NCBI GenBank assembly: GCA_009779195.1 | Contig: WRET01000005.1 | Location: 5,568-69,567 of the forward strand | Direction: 5' to 3' | DNA: 64,000 nt | DNA from: Micrococcales bacterium | Lineage (GTDB): Bacteria; Actinomycetota; Actinomycetes; Actinomycetales; Cellulomonadaceae | In this document: in pieces, positions 17,434 through 26,140 of the stretch | Position numbering within the stretch: the first letter of the stretch is position 1 | How the letters are laid out: every line of letters begins with the position of its first letter | Notes under the pieces: model-generated | Databases searched by the model: none | What the model was told of the DNA's origin: nothing | Seen by the model: only the letters and a program-made list of their open reading frames with translations | Position numbers and translations under genes: made by a program

Positions 17434-18336
17434 ATGGGTGCCGACACCTCTGGTGAGCACGACGCCTGGGACCTGGCGCAAACCGTCCGGGACCTCCAGG
17501 TGCGGGTCGCAGCGCTCGAAGCGGCCATGGCACGCGTGCCCGGCGGCGACCACCAGGTCGACAGCACCGTTGCGGCCTGGGGTACGCCGAGCAGGCCCGA
17601 CGCACGTCTTGTGGCGCTCGAAGATGCCGTGACCCGTCTTGGTGGCGAGGCCCGGGCCAACGACCAGGACGAGTGGCTCGGGGACTACCAGACCCGTGTT
17701 CCGGCGACCGTCGGCGAGGTGGCGCAGGTGTGCAACCGGATCGCTGGGTCGTGGTCGTCGACCTGGTCGTCCCCGGTCGTCCTGTCTGGTATCGAGTGGT
17801 GGGTGCTGGACGTGGTGCGCGACGAGACTGGCCACCGGGCGTTGCTGTTGTCTGACCGGGTGGTCACCCAATGCCCGTACCACAAGGACGAGTCCGATAT
17901 CACCTGGGAGCTCAGCGACCTACGTCGCTGGCTGAACAACGTGTTCGGCTGGACGTTAGGCATGCCGTTGGTCTTGCGCGTGGTGACGTCGAAGCTGACC
18001 AACGAACCCAACCTGGTCTGGGACACCGCCGGGGGGAACGACACGGCCGACAAGTTCTTCCTCCTCAGCATGCAAGAAGCCGTGGAGTACCTGGGGAAAG
18101 ACAAGTACGTCAGCTGGGAGAGAATCCGGAAACAGGGATACTACGAGCTGGGCGAGCGAGGAGCAGCGAGGAGCGACGACGGCGAGAGAACGTTGTGGTG
18201 GCTACGTTCCCCGGGCCGCTACCCCAACCACGCCGCAGCCGTCTTCCCCAACGGTGTCCTCCCCGGCTTCGGTCGCGTAGCCCACGAGCCCTCCGGAGGC
18301 GTACGCCCAGCCTTCTGGCTGAACCTCCAACCCTGA
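17434..18336 (+). CDS. Hypothetical protein with an N-terminal coiled-coil and a C-terminal DUF6273-like domain
   Basis: IEWWVLDV...ALLLSDRV, WELSDLRRWLNN, FFLLSMQEA and WWLRSPG...GVRPAFWLNL match the pattern I associate with DUF6273. G+C is visibly lower than in the neighbours. The start could also be 17416. Confidence 0.55.
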   Translation: MGADTSGEHDAWDLAQTVRDLQVRVAALEAAMARVPGGDHQVDSTVAAWGTPSRPDARLVALEDAVTRLGGEARANDQDEWLGDYQTRVPATVGEVAQVCNRIAGSWSSTWSSPVVLSGIEWWVLDVVRDETGHRALLLSDRVVTQCPYHKDESDITWELSDLRRWLNNVFGWTLGMPLVLRVVTSKLTNEPNLVWDTAGGNDTADKFFLLSMQEAVEYLGKDKYVSWERIRKQGYYELGERGAARSDDGERTLWWLRSPGRYPNHAAAVFPNGVLPGFGRVAHEPSGGVRPAFWLNLQP

Positions 18337-18342
18337 ACAGCG

Positions 18343-18426
18343 CCCTCTGACGACCTCGTTCAGTGTGGTCAACACAGTTCACAAGAGTGAACGGTCTCGA
18401 CCAAACTGAACGAGGTCGTCAGAGGG
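18343..18426. repeat. 84-nt extended hairpin between convergent genes; its left arm carries one copy of the 21-bp inverted repeat that brackets vapBC
   Basis: CCCTCTGACGACCTCGTTCAG (18343-18363) is perfectly complementary to CTGAACGAGGTCGTCAGAGGG (18406-18426). An inner hairpin GTTCAC-AAGA-GTGAAC is also present. Confidence 0.8.
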
Positions 18427-18530
18427 GGTGAGGACTGGGCGGCGGCGGCGGACGTTCAGGCGGCGTGTTTTGCCGGGGTTCGGGGGCAGTATCCCTTGGT
18501 TGGACTGTGCTGGCGGCCTGGGGCCCAGTG

Positions 18531-18938
18531 TCACACCTGGTGGACGCGGACCTGGTCGCCGACGAGGCGGTGCCAGTCGTCTGGGTCAGATGTGACGACG
18601 ACGACCGGGGGCGGCAGCCGCAGGGCCAGTGCCGCGACGAGGCCGTCGATAGCGTGGGTGTGGCCGTGCAGCTTACCGGCATCGTGAAGCAGGCGCACGG
18701 CGGTCCGTGCGTCCTGCTCGGTGACCTGTTCGACGGTCATGCGGGACAAGAGCCAGTCCAGACGGGCTCGGTCGGTGCGACGGTGCACGGCCTCGACGAT
18801 CGTCACTGGGGAGACGACCACAGGGGTTTGTGCGCGGCGGGCAGCAACGAGGAACACCGCCATCGCTGGGTCACGGTCGACCAGCAACGACAACCCCTGG
18901 GCGTCGAGCACGACCGAACGCGGGACTGGCCTGGTCAC
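18531..18938 (-). CDS. vapC: PIN-domain toxin (VapC family)
   Basis: 135 aa. VVLDAQGLSLL...VSPVTIVEAV...DGLVAALALRL...VVTSDPDD gives the PIN acidic-residue spacing. The gene overlaps the upstream antitoxin gene by 4 bp. Confidence 0.8.
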   Translation of the reverse strand: MTRPVPRSVVLDAQGLSLLVDRDPAMAVFLVAARRAQTPVVVSPVTIVEAVHRRTDRARLDWLLSRMTVEQVTEQDARTAVRLLHDAGKLHGHTHAIDGLVAALALRLPPPVVVVTSDPDDWHRLVGDQVRVHQV

Positions 18939-19183
18939 GCGGCAGGCTCAGCGCCGAAGACGTCTCGTGCCACCTGCTGCACCTTCTCCTCGTCCACAGG
19001 GCCGCACGTGCGTTCGTAGTCACGCACGATCTCGTCCAACCCTTCCATCGCCAGCCTGTGCTGGACCGCCTCGGTGACATAGGCTGACACACCCCTAGGC
19101 CCCGCCCTGACCTTGAGCGCGTTCAGCACGTCGGCCGGGATCGAGACTGACAACGTCGCAGTGGACCCTCCACGAACAGCCAT
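18935..19183 (-). CDS. vapB: Type II antitoxin (ribbon-helix-helix / VapB-like)
   Basis: 82 aa. LSVSIPADVLNALKVRAGPRGVSAYVTEAVQHRL looks like an RHH fold. The gene is translationally coupled to vapC. Confidence 0.75.
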   Translation of the reverse strand: MAVRGGSTATLSVSIPADVLNALKVRAGPRGVSAYVTEAVQHRLAMEGLDEIVRDYERTCGPVDEEKVQQVARDVFGAEPAA

Positions 19184-19189
19184 GTGCCG

Positions 19190-19201
19190 ATTGTACTACA
19201 A
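19190..19201 (-). promoter_or_regulatory. Candidate -10 box (TACAAT) overlapping an 11-bp palindrome TTGTA-N-TACAA; it implies a leaderless vapB transcript
   Basis: The minus strand reads TTGTAGTACAATCGGCACATG. The -10 box ends 6 nt before the ATG, and the palindrome is a plausible VapB autoregulation operator. Confidence 0.4.
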
Positions 19202-19232
19202 CTACCAACACATCCATCTGACGGGTAAGTGA

Positions 19233-19275
19233 CCCCCGCACGACCTCGACCACACTGAACGAGATCGTGCGGGGG
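19233..19275. repeat. Hairpin carrying the second copy of the 21-bp inverted repeat that brackets vapBC
   Basis: CCCCCGCACGACCTCG (19233-19248) pairs with CGAGATCGTGCGGGGG (19260-19275) with one mismatch. The reverse complement of 19248-19268 is ACGATCTCGTTCAGTGTGGTC, against ACGACCTCGTTCAGTGTGGTC at 18350-18370 (20 of 21). Confidence 0.8.
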
Positions 19276-19287
19276 GCCGGGGCTCGG

Positions 19288-20349
19288 CTACGCGGGTGGG
19301 GGCGTGAGGTATTCGGCGACTTGGGTCCGGGTGGCGTCCAGGGGGGTGGTGCCTGAGCGGACGGACTGTTCCCAGGTGACGACTTTGGACAAGGCGGTGG
19401 TGACGTCCCAGGCGGGGGACCAGGCGAGGTCGGTGCGGGCCCGGGCGGAGTCGAGCATGAGCAGGCCCGCTTCGTGGGGGCCTTGGTGCTCGTCGGAACA
19501 CCACGAGGCGTTGTCGCCCCAGGCCGTCGCCAGACGGGTGGCTACTTCGCCGACGGTCAGCGCGTCGTCGGTGGCAGGGCCGAAGTTCCAGGCCGTGGCG
19601 TGACGGTCGGGGGTCAGGTGCTCGGCCAAGGTGAGATAGCCGGAGAGGGGTTCGAGGACGTGCTGCCACGGGCGGACTGCTGCCGGACGCCGCAGGACTG
19701 CTTGGCGCCCAGACGCGTACGCACCGACGAGCTCGGGCATGAGCGCTTCGGGGGTGGCGTCGCCGCCTCCGACGACATTGCCGGCCCTGGCTGTGGCGAC
19801 CGCGTAGCCTTCGCGCGGGAACGACACGGCCATGGAGTGGGCGACGATCTCCGCAGCAGCCTTGGACGCTGAGTACGGGTCGTCGCCGCCGAGGCGGTCA
19901 GTCTCCCTGTAACCCCACACCCACTCGTTGTTGAAGTACACCTTGTCGGTCGTGACCACGACGCACCGGGTCACACCAGGGACGTCCCGGCACGCCTGGA
20001 GGACAGAAAATGTGCCCATGACGTTGCTGGAGAACGCCTCGTGGGGGTCGTCGTACGACTCGCGCACGACGGTCTGCGCGGCCAGGTGCAGCACCACCTG
20101 CGCCCCGGACGCGGCGATAGCCTCACGCAGGACGGCGGTGTCGCGGATGTCGGCCCGTTGGTCGGTGGCGACCAGCGACCCCAGACCCGCCCGGTTGTAC
20201 AGGTAGTGCTCGGGGGTGTCCAGGGCGTACCCGTGCACCTGCGCGCCCAGCGCGTCGAGCAGGACGCACAACCACGCGCCTTTGAACCCTGTGTGCCCTG
20301 TGACGAACACCGGGCGGCCTGACCAGAATGACGTGTCCACGGCACACAC
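19288..20349 (-). CDS. rfbG: CDP-glucose 4,6-dehydratase
   Basis: FWSGRPVFVTGHTGFKGAWLCVLLDALGAQVHGYAL and YSASKAAAEIV (YxxxK) are present. Length is 353 aa. Confidence 0.9.
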   Translation of the reverse strand: MCAVDTSFWSGRPVFVTGHTGFKGAWLCVLLDALGAQVHGYALDTPEHYLYNRAGLGSLVATDQRADIRDTAVLREAIAASGAQVVLHLAAQTVVRESYDDPHEAFSSNVMGTFSVLQACRDVPGVTRCVVVTTDKVYFNNEWVWGYRETDRLGGDDPYSASKAAAEIVAHSMAVSFPREGYAVATARAGNVVGGGDATPEALMPELVGAYASGRQAVLRRPAAVRPWQHVLEPLSGYLTLAEHLTPDRHATAWNFGPATDDALTVGEVATRLATAWGDNASWCSDEHQGPHEAGLLMLDSARARTDLAWSPAWDVTTALSKVVTWEQSVRSGTTPLDATRTQVAEYLTPPPA

Positions 20350-20357
20350 CGTACCGT

Positions 20358-22460
20358 TCAGGCGTCGTCGGACGCGTCAGTGTCCAGGTACAGCTCGCGC
20401 TCGACGCGGGCAGGGCCTGCCAGGTACAGGTGCAGGCGTGAACGGGTGCCGTGGCGGACCAGCAGCCGGGCGGCGGAACCGACAACACCCATGGCGCGGG
20501 CCACGGCCCAGCGGCGGTCGCCCAGGTGCTTGCGGTAGTACTTCTCCAAGGACCCGTGCAGGTGGGCTTCGTAACGTTCCGGGTCGCTACGTGTGGTGGC
20601 ACCGCCGGTGTGGCGGGTCACCACGTCGTGGACCAAGACGTTGCGCCAACCGCGTTGGCGGGCACGGTAGGCCCAGTCGGCGTCCTCGAAGTACAGGAAG
20701 TAACGTTCGTCCAGCCCGCCGACGTCTGCCAGGGCGTCAGCACGCAGGAAGTCCACCCCGCACGCGACGAAGCAGCGCGAGCGTCGGGCAGGAAGGCGGC
20801 CCAGCCCGATGTTCTCCAGGAAGAAGCGTCCCAGCGAGGGGAAGGGCCAGGTGGCACGTGGTGGTGACAGGTCACCTTCTTCGATCTCGCACGGTCCGAC
20901 GAGCGCTGTGCGTGGGTCGGCGTGCGCGGCGCGCTGGAGGGCGACAACGTCGTCGAACAGCACTTCGGCGTCGGAGTTCAGCAAGATCACGTCAGCGTCG
21001 GGGCACTGGCGGTGTGCGAGCCCGTCGTTGACCCCGGCGGCGAAACCCAGGCCCCGGCCTTCGACGTACTGCGCACCAACGGCTTCGGCGACCTCACGGA
21101 TCTCGGGCAGGCGCGAGTTGTCGACGACGATCAGCGAGATCTTGCCTGCCAGGGGGGCCAGCACCGTGCGGACCATCTCTGGGTGGCGGTACGCCACGAC
21201 GATGCCCTCAGGCAGCGGCGGGTCGGGCGGTTCTGGCACTGTGACAAGGCCGAGCACCCGGCGGTACAGGTCGCCGTTCGCCGTGGCGACCGAGTCCCAC
21301 GAGCACCGGGCGGCCACAGGGAACCCACGCTCGCGCAGTGTCGCAGCCAGCTCTGGGTCGTCGACGACCTGGCGCAACGCGGCACCGAGCGCTTCGACGT
21401 CACCAGGTGGCACGAGGATCCCCGCGTCGCCGACCACGTCAGGCAGCGCACCAGAGCTGGAGGCGACGACAGGGGCCCCGCAGGCCATGGCCTCGACCGC
21501 GACCCGTCCGAACTGCTCCACCCACCCTTGGCCTGGACGTGACCCGTGCGTGGCGTCCAACGACGGGACGGCCAGCACGTCGATGCTGCGGTAGAACTCC
21601 ACGAGCTCGGGCTCGCCCAGCGACCCCAGGAAGGTGATGCGCTCACCTGCTGCGGCGGCCAGCTCGCGCAGCTCGTCTTCGTCCGGTCCGCCTCCGGCGA
21701 TGCGCAAAGTGAGGCTCTCGTCGGCCAGGACGGCCTTGACCAGCACGTCCACGCCTTTGTGCTCGACCAGACGCCCGGCGTACCCCACAGTGCGCGACGG
21801 TGTGCGTCCGTCGGGCCCGGGTGTGAACACCGACAGGTCCACTCCCAGCGGGATGTTGACCACCGGGCCGCCGGCTCCTTTGCGCTTGCAGATCGACACG
21901 GCTTGGTCGTTGCACACCGACACCCCCGCAGACCGGCGCAGCGCCCTGCGTTCCAGCGTCGAGAAGGGCCACGGGTACCACTTGAAGATGTTCTGCGCCG
22001 ACGAGACCAGGTAGGGCGCGTGCGAACGGCGCCCGCGCAGGCGGTCCCAACCGCGGCGCAAGGCGCGCAGCGCGAGGATCTCAGCGGTGACCAGGGCGTA
22101 CGGTTCCTGCTGGATATCGAGCAGGTCGTGGGGGCGTCCCAACGCCCGCCACAAAGGTCCGGGTGCGAACAAGAACAGGGCGGGGTGCGAGCCGATGGTC
22201 CGCACACCTTGGACCGGTTCGCCGGGGCGCGGCTCGAGCGCGACGACACGGCCGCCTTCGTCCCACGCCTTCGCGCACAGCAGGTCCACGTCGAGCCCCT
22301 GGGTACGCATGACACGTTCGCCCTCGCGCCAAGCGTCGACGACTGCGCTGTGGGAGATCCTCAACACCTTCATGGGTGCCCCAGTGTAGCTTTCACCCGC
22401 AGGTGCATCGGCCACTGGTGGCTCTCCCGTCGAGGTGGGTGGTTGCGTCTTGTCCGTCAC
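20358..22460 (-). CDS. Bifunctional glycosyltransferase (N-terminal GT4, C-terminal GT2)
   Basis: The N-terminal half reads MKVLRISHS...GRLVEHKGVDVLV...EQFGRVAVEAMACGAPVVAS (GT4 E-x7-E region). The C-terminal half reads IVVDNSRL...LNSDAEV...FLYFEDADWAYRAR (GT2). The GTG at 22460 overlaps the ATP-grasp stop. An alternative ATG is at 22373. Confidence 0.8.
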   Translation of the reverse strand: MTDKTQPPTSTGEPPVADAPAGESYTGAPMKVLRISHSAVVDAWREGERVMRTQGLDVDLLCAKAWDEGGRVVALEPRPGEPVQGVRTIGSHPALFLFAPGPLWRALGRPHDLLDIQQEPYALVTAEILALRALRRGWDRLRGRRSHAPYLVSSAQNIFKWYPWPFSTLERRALRRSAGVSVCNDQAVSICKRKGAGGPVVNIPLGVDLSVFTPGPDGRTPSRTVGYAGRLVEHKGVDVLVKAVLADESLTLRIAGGGPDEDELRELAAAAGERITFLGSLGEPELVEFYRSIDVLAVPSLDATHGSRPGQGWVEQFGRVAVEAMACGAPVVASSSGALPDVVGDAGILVPPGDVEALGAALRQVVDDPELAATLRERGFPVAARCSWDSVATANGDLYRRVLGLVTVPEPPDPPLPEGIVVAYRHPEMVRTVLAPLAGKISLIVVDNSRLPEIREVAEAVGAQYVEGRGLGFAAGVNDGLAHRQCPDADVILLNSDAEVLFDDVVALQRAAHADPRTALVGPCEIEEGDLSPPRATWPFPSLGRFFLENIGLGRLPARRSRCFVACGVDFLRADALADVGGLDERYFLYFEDADWAYRARQRGWRNVLVHDVVTRHTGGATTRSDPERYEAHLHGSLEKYYRKHLGDRRWAVARAMGVVGSAARLLVRHGTRSRLHLYLAGPARVERELYLDTDASDDA

Positions 22461-23749
22461 AGGTAGTCCTCACCAGGTGCCGGGTGGTTGTCCACGAGCT
22501 GGCGCCAGTCCAGCCAGCTCGTCGCCGAGGTCAGGTAGCGCCGCCGCAGGCCCGAGTCGTGGCGGTACTTCCACGGGCTGGTCATACCGTCGCGGCGTTC
22601 GATCTGGCTGAGGTGTTCGCGCAGGTCAGGGTCGGTGACGTACTGACTGACCCACCGCCACGGGTACACCCCGTACAGCACGTCGTCGCGGGCCCGTACC
22701 TGGTCTCGGTCGCGGTGGTCCACCACGTCGTCGACCACTGCTCGCGCGACGTTCGCCCCGGCCGCGGTGGCGAAGTAGTTGTTGTTCCCAGCCCGGGGGT
22801 TGACTTCGAGATACACGTTCTTGCCGGTGCGGGGGTCGCATTTGTAGTTCACGTGGACGAGCCCGACGTACCCCACCTCGTCCAAGATCCGCGTCACTGC
22901 GGCCGCGCCGTCGGCGTCCCACCGTGAGTACGCCGAGCGCATGACGCCCTCAGCCCCTTCGAGCAGGACGTGGCCGGTGGCAGCCAAGGTCACGGTCCCG
23001 CCGGTGTCGCGGTAGCCGACCATGAGGCGCATGTACGTGTCGTCCCCGCCGATGTAGTCCTGGACGAGGAACACCCCTTCGTACCCGGCGTCGAGCAGAC
23101 GTCCCAGCAGGTCGTCGACGGCCGAGCGGTCAGCCAGCCGGTACACCTTCGACCACCCGTCCACCCGGTCGTAGAACTCCAGGTGCTCGGAGGTCACCGC
23201 AGGTTTGGCGATGACGGGGTACTCCAGGTCGACCGACAGGTCCGCCAGCGCCTCACGTCCACCGGCGGCACGCAGCTCGGCCAGGTCGACGCGGACCGTC
23301 ACCGGGGTGGCCACGTCCACCCGTCGGCAGACCTGCTCGAACTTCTCCTTGTCGGCCAGCTGTGCGAACGCCTCGGGCGGGCACGGCGGGAACAGGTACA
23401 GCTCTCGCAGCCGGTCGGCGTGGTCGACGAGGACCTGCGCGTGGTGGTCGTTGCCGGTGAGCAGCACACGTGTGCGGTCGGCGAAGGCTTCGGCGACGGA
23501 CTCCAGGGCTTGCACCAGCGACTCGGGGTCGTCGATGTCGGCGACCTCGACCTCGGTGACCAGGTCAGAAAAGCGCAGCACACGCCCCAGACCCAACAGG
23601 CGGCGGCGCGAGGTGCTCCCAGGGCCGACGAGTGCCACCGTGGGGCACCGGTACTCCTCGTGGAATGCTCTCGCCAGGGCGTAGACCCCGATGTCGTCGC
23701 CGACGGCGACCAAGAGCAGATCGTCGTGCTCTCGCACTGTTCCTCCCAA
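22457..23749 (-). CDS. ATP-grasp domain protein (carboxylate-amine ligase type)
   Basis: YPVIAKPAVTSEH...VFLVQDYIGGDD...HVNYKCDPRTGKNVYLEVNPRAGNNNY gives the ATP-grasp fold motifs. Confidence 0.7.
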   Translation of the reverse strand: MGGTVREHDDLLLVAVGDDIGVYALARAFHEEYRCPTVALVGPGSTSRRRLLGLGRVLRFSDLVTEVEVADIDDPESLVQALESVAEAFADRTRVLLTGNDHHAQVLVDHADRLRELYLFPPCPPEAFAQLADKEKFEQVCRRVDVATPVTVRVDLAELRAAGGREALADLSVDLEYPVIAKPAVTSEHLEFYDRVDGWSKVYRLADRSAVDDLLGRLLDAGYEGVFLVQDYIGGDDTYMRLMVGYRDTGGTVTLAATGHVLLEGAEGVMRSAYSRWDADGAAAVTRILDEVGYVGLVHVNYKCDPRTGKNVYLEVNPRAGNNNYFATAAGANVARAVVDDVVDHRDRDQVRARDDVLYGVYPWRWVSQYVTDPDLREHLSQIERRDGMTSPWKYRHDSGLRRRYLTSATSWLDWRQLVDNHPAPGEDYL

Positions 23750-23990
23750 CCGGCCCGACCAGCGCCGCGGACCGCCGCATCATCTTACGGCCGGTATGTG
23801 AACATTTGGGCCGCCTTCGCCGATCGTCGGGACCGGCCAGCCACGCCGGGATGGTCCGTCTCGCGCGTCTGGGTGATCTGACCTGGGCGAAGGGGTCACA
23901 AAGTGGGCGTAGTGACGCAAGTATGCCTCAGGTGGGACACAATGGACGCCAACTGGGACACGATCGACGATTCAGCTGGAGGTTCCCTCG

Positions 23991-25376
23991 ATGTCTGACA
24001 GTGCTGCGCCCCTGGTCACAGACCCGGACGTGCGCACCTTTGCCCGCTCCAACGCCGCCCAGGCCCGGTTGCACGCGCTCGTGCCCGGCGGGTCGCACAC
24101 CTACGCCCGCTGTTCGGACCAGGTGCCTGAGCACATGACTCCGATCATCGACCACGGGGTCGGGGCGAGGGTCTGCGACGTGGACGGCAACTGGTACGTG
24201 GAGTACGGCCAGGGGCTACGGGCGGTCACCCTCGGCTACGGCTACCAGCCCGTCGTCGACGCGGTCGCCAAGGCCGCTGCTGGTGGCCCAGGGTTTTCGC
24301 GTCCCAGCAAGTGGGAGGTCGAGGCGGCCGAGCGGTTCCTGGCACACGTGCCCGGGGCGCAGATGGTGAAGTTCGCCAAGAACGGGTCTGATGTCACGTC
24401 CGCTGCGTTGCGCCTGGCCAGGGCGGTCACCGGCCGTGACATGGTCGCCCTGTGCGGCACGCAGCCGTTCTTCTCCGTCGACGACTGGTTCATCGGCGGA
24501 ACTGCCATGCGGGCCGGTGTCCCCGAACGGGACCTGGAGCTGACCGTGAAGTTCCGTTACAACGACCTGGAGTCGGTCGAACAGCTGCTCGCCGACCACC
24601 CCGGCCAGATTGCTGCTTTCGTCCTGGAGGCCGCCACCGCCACCGCCGAGCCCGCCCCCGGGTTCTTGGAGGGCCTGCGCGCGCTGGCCACCGAGCACGG
24701 TGTGGTGCTGGTGCTCGACGAGATGATCACCGGGCTGCGCTGGGACGTCGCCGGTGCCCAGTCGGTGTACGGCATCACCCCGGACCTGTCGTGCTGGGGC
24801 AAGGCCCTGGGCAACGGGTTCTCGGTCTCTGCGCTGGCAGGCCGTCGCGACCTCATGGAACGCGGTGGGCTCAACACCGACGAGCGCAGGGTGTGGCTGT
24901 TGTCGAACACCCACGGCGCCGAGACGACCGGCCTGGCTGCGATGGGCGCGGTGTACGACACGTACGCCACCCGTGACGTCGTGGCCGAGATGACCCGCGC
25001 TGGTGAACGGCTGCGCGCCGGGTGGACCCAGGCCGCTGCGGACACCGGCGTCGGTGACCGGGTGCCTGTGCTGGGCCGGTCCACCTGCATGGTGTTCGGT
25101 ACCAAAGACGCCGACGGCAACCCGTCGCAGCCGTACCGGACGTTGTTCATCCAAGAGATGATCCGCCGCGGTGTGCTGGCCCCGTCGCTGGTGGTCTCGG
25201 CGGCCCACACCGACGACGACATCGACCACACCATCGAAGCGGCCCGCGGTGCGATGGCGGTGTACGCCCAGGCCCTGGACGCCGGTTCGGTGGACGGGTT
25301 CCTCGAAGGCCGTGCGGTGTGCCCGGCAGTGCGTGAGTACGCCGCCCCGCGGCGGCTCGAAGGAGGAGAACGATGA
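23991..25376 (+). CDS. Class-III (glutamate-1-semialdehyde aminomutase-like) PLP-dependent aminotransferase
   Basis: LVPGGSHTYAR, VKFAKNGSDVTSAALRLARA, VLVLDEMITGLRW and CWGKALGNGFSVSALAGR are present. The last motif contains the PLP lysine. Confidence 0.85.
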   Translation: MSDSAAPLVTDPDVRTFARSNAAQARLHALVPGGSHTYARCSDQVPEHMTPIIDHGVGARVCDVDGNWYVEYGQGLRAVTLGYGYQPVVDAVAKAAAGGPGFSRPSKWEVEAAERFLAHVPGAQMVKFAKNGSDVTSAALRLARAVTGRDMVALCGTQPFFSVDDWFIGGTAMRAGVPERDLELTVKFRYNDLESVEQLLADHPGQIAAFVLEAATATAEPAPGFLEGLRALATEHGVVLVLDEMITGLRWDVAGAQSVYGITPDLSCWGKALGNGFSVSALAGRRDLMERGGLNTDERRVWLLSNTHGAETTGLAAMGAVYDTYATRDVVAEMTRAGERLRAGWTQAAADTGVGDRVPVLGRSTCMVFGTKDADGNPSQPYRTLFIQEMIRRGVLAPSLVVSAAHTDDDIDHTIEAARGAMAVYAQALDAGSVDGFLEGRAVCPAVREYAAPRRLEGGER

Positions 25377-26140
25377 AGGTCGTGCTGTTCTGCGGCGGTA
25401 TGGGGATGCGTATCCGTGAGGACGCCACCGACGTGCTGCCCAAGCCGATGACGACCATCGGCGGCCAGCCCATGCTGTGGCACATCATGAAGTACTACGC
25501 CCACTTCGGGCACACAGAGTTCGTGCTGGCCCTGGGTCACGGCGCGCAGGCCATCAAGGACTTCTTCTTGGCCTACCGGGAGACCGCAGCCAACGATTTC
25601 GTCATGCGTGACGGGGTCGAGCTGTGCTCGCGGGACGTGTCGCAGTGGACCATCACCTTCTGCGACACCGGTGCCGAGACGGCTATCGGCGAACGTCTGC
25701 GGCGTGTGCGCGAGCACCTGGGCGCCGACCCGATGTTCTTGGCGAACTACGGTGACGGGTTGTCCGACGTGGATATCAACGACCTGGTCGACCGTCTGCC
25801 CGACAACCACGTGGGGTCGTTGCTGGCGGTGCGCCCCCAGGACTCGTTCCACGTCGTGCGGATCGACGACGACGGTGCGCTCACCGGCCTGGAGTCCGTG
25901 GCCGGGGCGGACATGCGCGTCAACGGCGGGTTCTTCGTGCTGCGCCAGGAGATCTTCGACTACCTCGACCCCGGGGACGACCTGGTCATGGACGCGTGTA
26001 TGCGTGCCGCCAAGGACCATCGGTTCACCGCCCACCGCTACGACGGTTTCTGGGCGTGCATGGACACCCAGAAGGAACGTCGCGAGCTCGAACAGATGAA
26101 CCGCTCCGGCGTCGCCCCCTGGAAGGTCTGGCAACGGTGA
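25373..26140 (+). CDS. rfbF: Glucose-1-phosphate cytidylyltransferase
   Basis: MKVVLFCGGMGMRIRE...PKPMTTIGGQPMLWHIMKYYAHFGHTEFVLALG...FWACMDTQKE is the canonical RfbF pattern. Confidence 0.9.
   Translation: MKVVLFCGGMGMRIREDATDVLPKPMTTIGGQPMLWHIMKYYAHFGHTEFVLALGHGAQAIKDFFLAYRETAANDFVMRDGVELCSRDVSQWTITFCDTGAETAIGERLRRVREHLGADPMFLANYGDGLSDVDINDLVDRLPDNHVGSLLAVRPQDSFHVVRIDDDGALTGLESVAGADMRVNGGFFVLRQEIFDYLDPGDDLVMDACMRAAKDHRFTAHRYDGFWACMDTQKERRELEQMNRSGVAPWKVWQR

Noticed and set aside
17136-17660. A 174-aa minus-strand ORF covering the Y RNA region.
   Set aside because: The translation is a low-complexity Arg/Ser/Pro-rich string. The ORF overlaps the divergent DUF6273-like gene and the structured RNA region, and it has no RBS.
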